DNA from: Anthoceros angustus
Lineage: Eukaryota > Plantae > Anthocerotophyta
Length of the DNA stretch: 64,000 nt
Assembly: GCA_010909165.1 (NCBI GenBank)
Contig: MU008196.1
Coordinates: forward strand, 620,001-684,000
Direction: 5' to 3'
Positions 63,201-64,000 of the stretch are shown here, piece by piece; position 1 is the stretch's first letter, and every line of letters starts with the position of its first letter. A program made the position numbers and the translations under genes. Below the pieces are notes generated by a model. It did no database searches. It was not told the DNA's origin and saw nothing but the letters and a program-made list of their open reading frames with translations.

Positions 63201-64000
63201 TCCTCGTAGGGTGCACCACTCAAACACTCCAATTAGCTCATGTGACCCCTGCACCCACACCACCTCTCCAATTAGCTCTCATGTGATCGTATAATAAGTT
63301 GAAACACCTCACACAGGTGCCCCATCTCGATCGATCCACCCCTAGGACGCTTAACTTTGAGTTCTTACTTCATTGTCCAACACACCCAATTGGCTTGTGC
63401 ACAACACTCAAGAATAAATGAGTTATTCCCTGAACTCCTCACACCTCCAACAACATCTCGTATCAACCCTCCTTGCTACCCATTTCTCCTCGCCCACCAC
63501 AACGGCCTCCCTTCACTTTGACTTGCAGCCCCACCGCAAATTCCGCCATGCACACCCTGCAGATCCTTCACCATGTTGCACCCCACACCGCCTTCCTATG
63601 GTTTGGCCACACCTCCATCTTGCAGCCCTACAAATTCAGCCGCCGTGAGTGCTCTACCATCTTCCTAGTTCAACACACGCCATCCTCACATCGTGACTCC
63701 AGAGCACTTCCATGTGCCTGCACCGCCATGGCCTCCTCTTGCAACCCTTGTGGCTGCTCACTCAACATGAGCTCCTCGCCCCATCCTTGCACCGATTGCT
63801 GCCTCCTCGCATGCCGAGCTCCCAACCTAGAGCCCCGCAGCAGATCCTCATACCCACCATTACGCACTTGGCCCATCTTCCGCAGCAACCCTTGCCACAC
63901 ATCTCTACCTAGCCCCTCCCATCGCAAAATCTCAGCAATATGAGCACCGCCCATGTCTCACTTCTTCCACACTGTGGCAAATTACTTTGCCTCAAACTTG
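60300..64000. other. Highly degenerate C-rich, probably TE-derived sequence with short internal repeats
   Basis: Strong C/A skew, repeated CTACCACCCTACACCTCC-type units (62700-63300) and a duplicated ACCTACAACGACA block. No confident domain. Confidence 0.35.

Overview
Repeat-rich eukaryotic nuclear DNA from a land plant. Short ~100-bp introns, PLS-type PPR motifs and the TE families suggest a seed-free plant, possibly a hornwort (inference). From left to right: (1) a near full-length, frameshifted chromodomain-bearing Ty3/gypsy element on the minus strand (276-6737); (2) a ~6.6-kb mosaic of broken host-gene fragments (GCR1, ABC1K/ATH8-like kinase, delta-COP, two PPR pieces, a secreted-protein 5' end) with an AT-rich segment and a perfect hairpin; (3) a ~16-kb unclassified repetitive block (13.7-30.4 kb). 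This block carries a degenerate, intron-containing ParB-like domain + beta-class N6A/N4C DNA amino-methyltransferase gene, studded with a recurring GC-rich 20-bp palindrome, and several orphan ORFs. This is the most unusual item. (4) One intact multi-exon host gene, a CBE1/At4g01290-like eIF4E-binding protein (minus strand, ~31.5-37.1 kb). (5) A nest of Copia and Gypsy LTR fragments from ~39 kb to the end. Many repeat segments occur as 0.6-1.9 kb near-tandem copies, each with its own indels, which probably reflects unpolished long-read assembly. Reading frames and copy numbers in the repeats should therefore be treated with caution. All homology calls are from motif recognition, not database searches.
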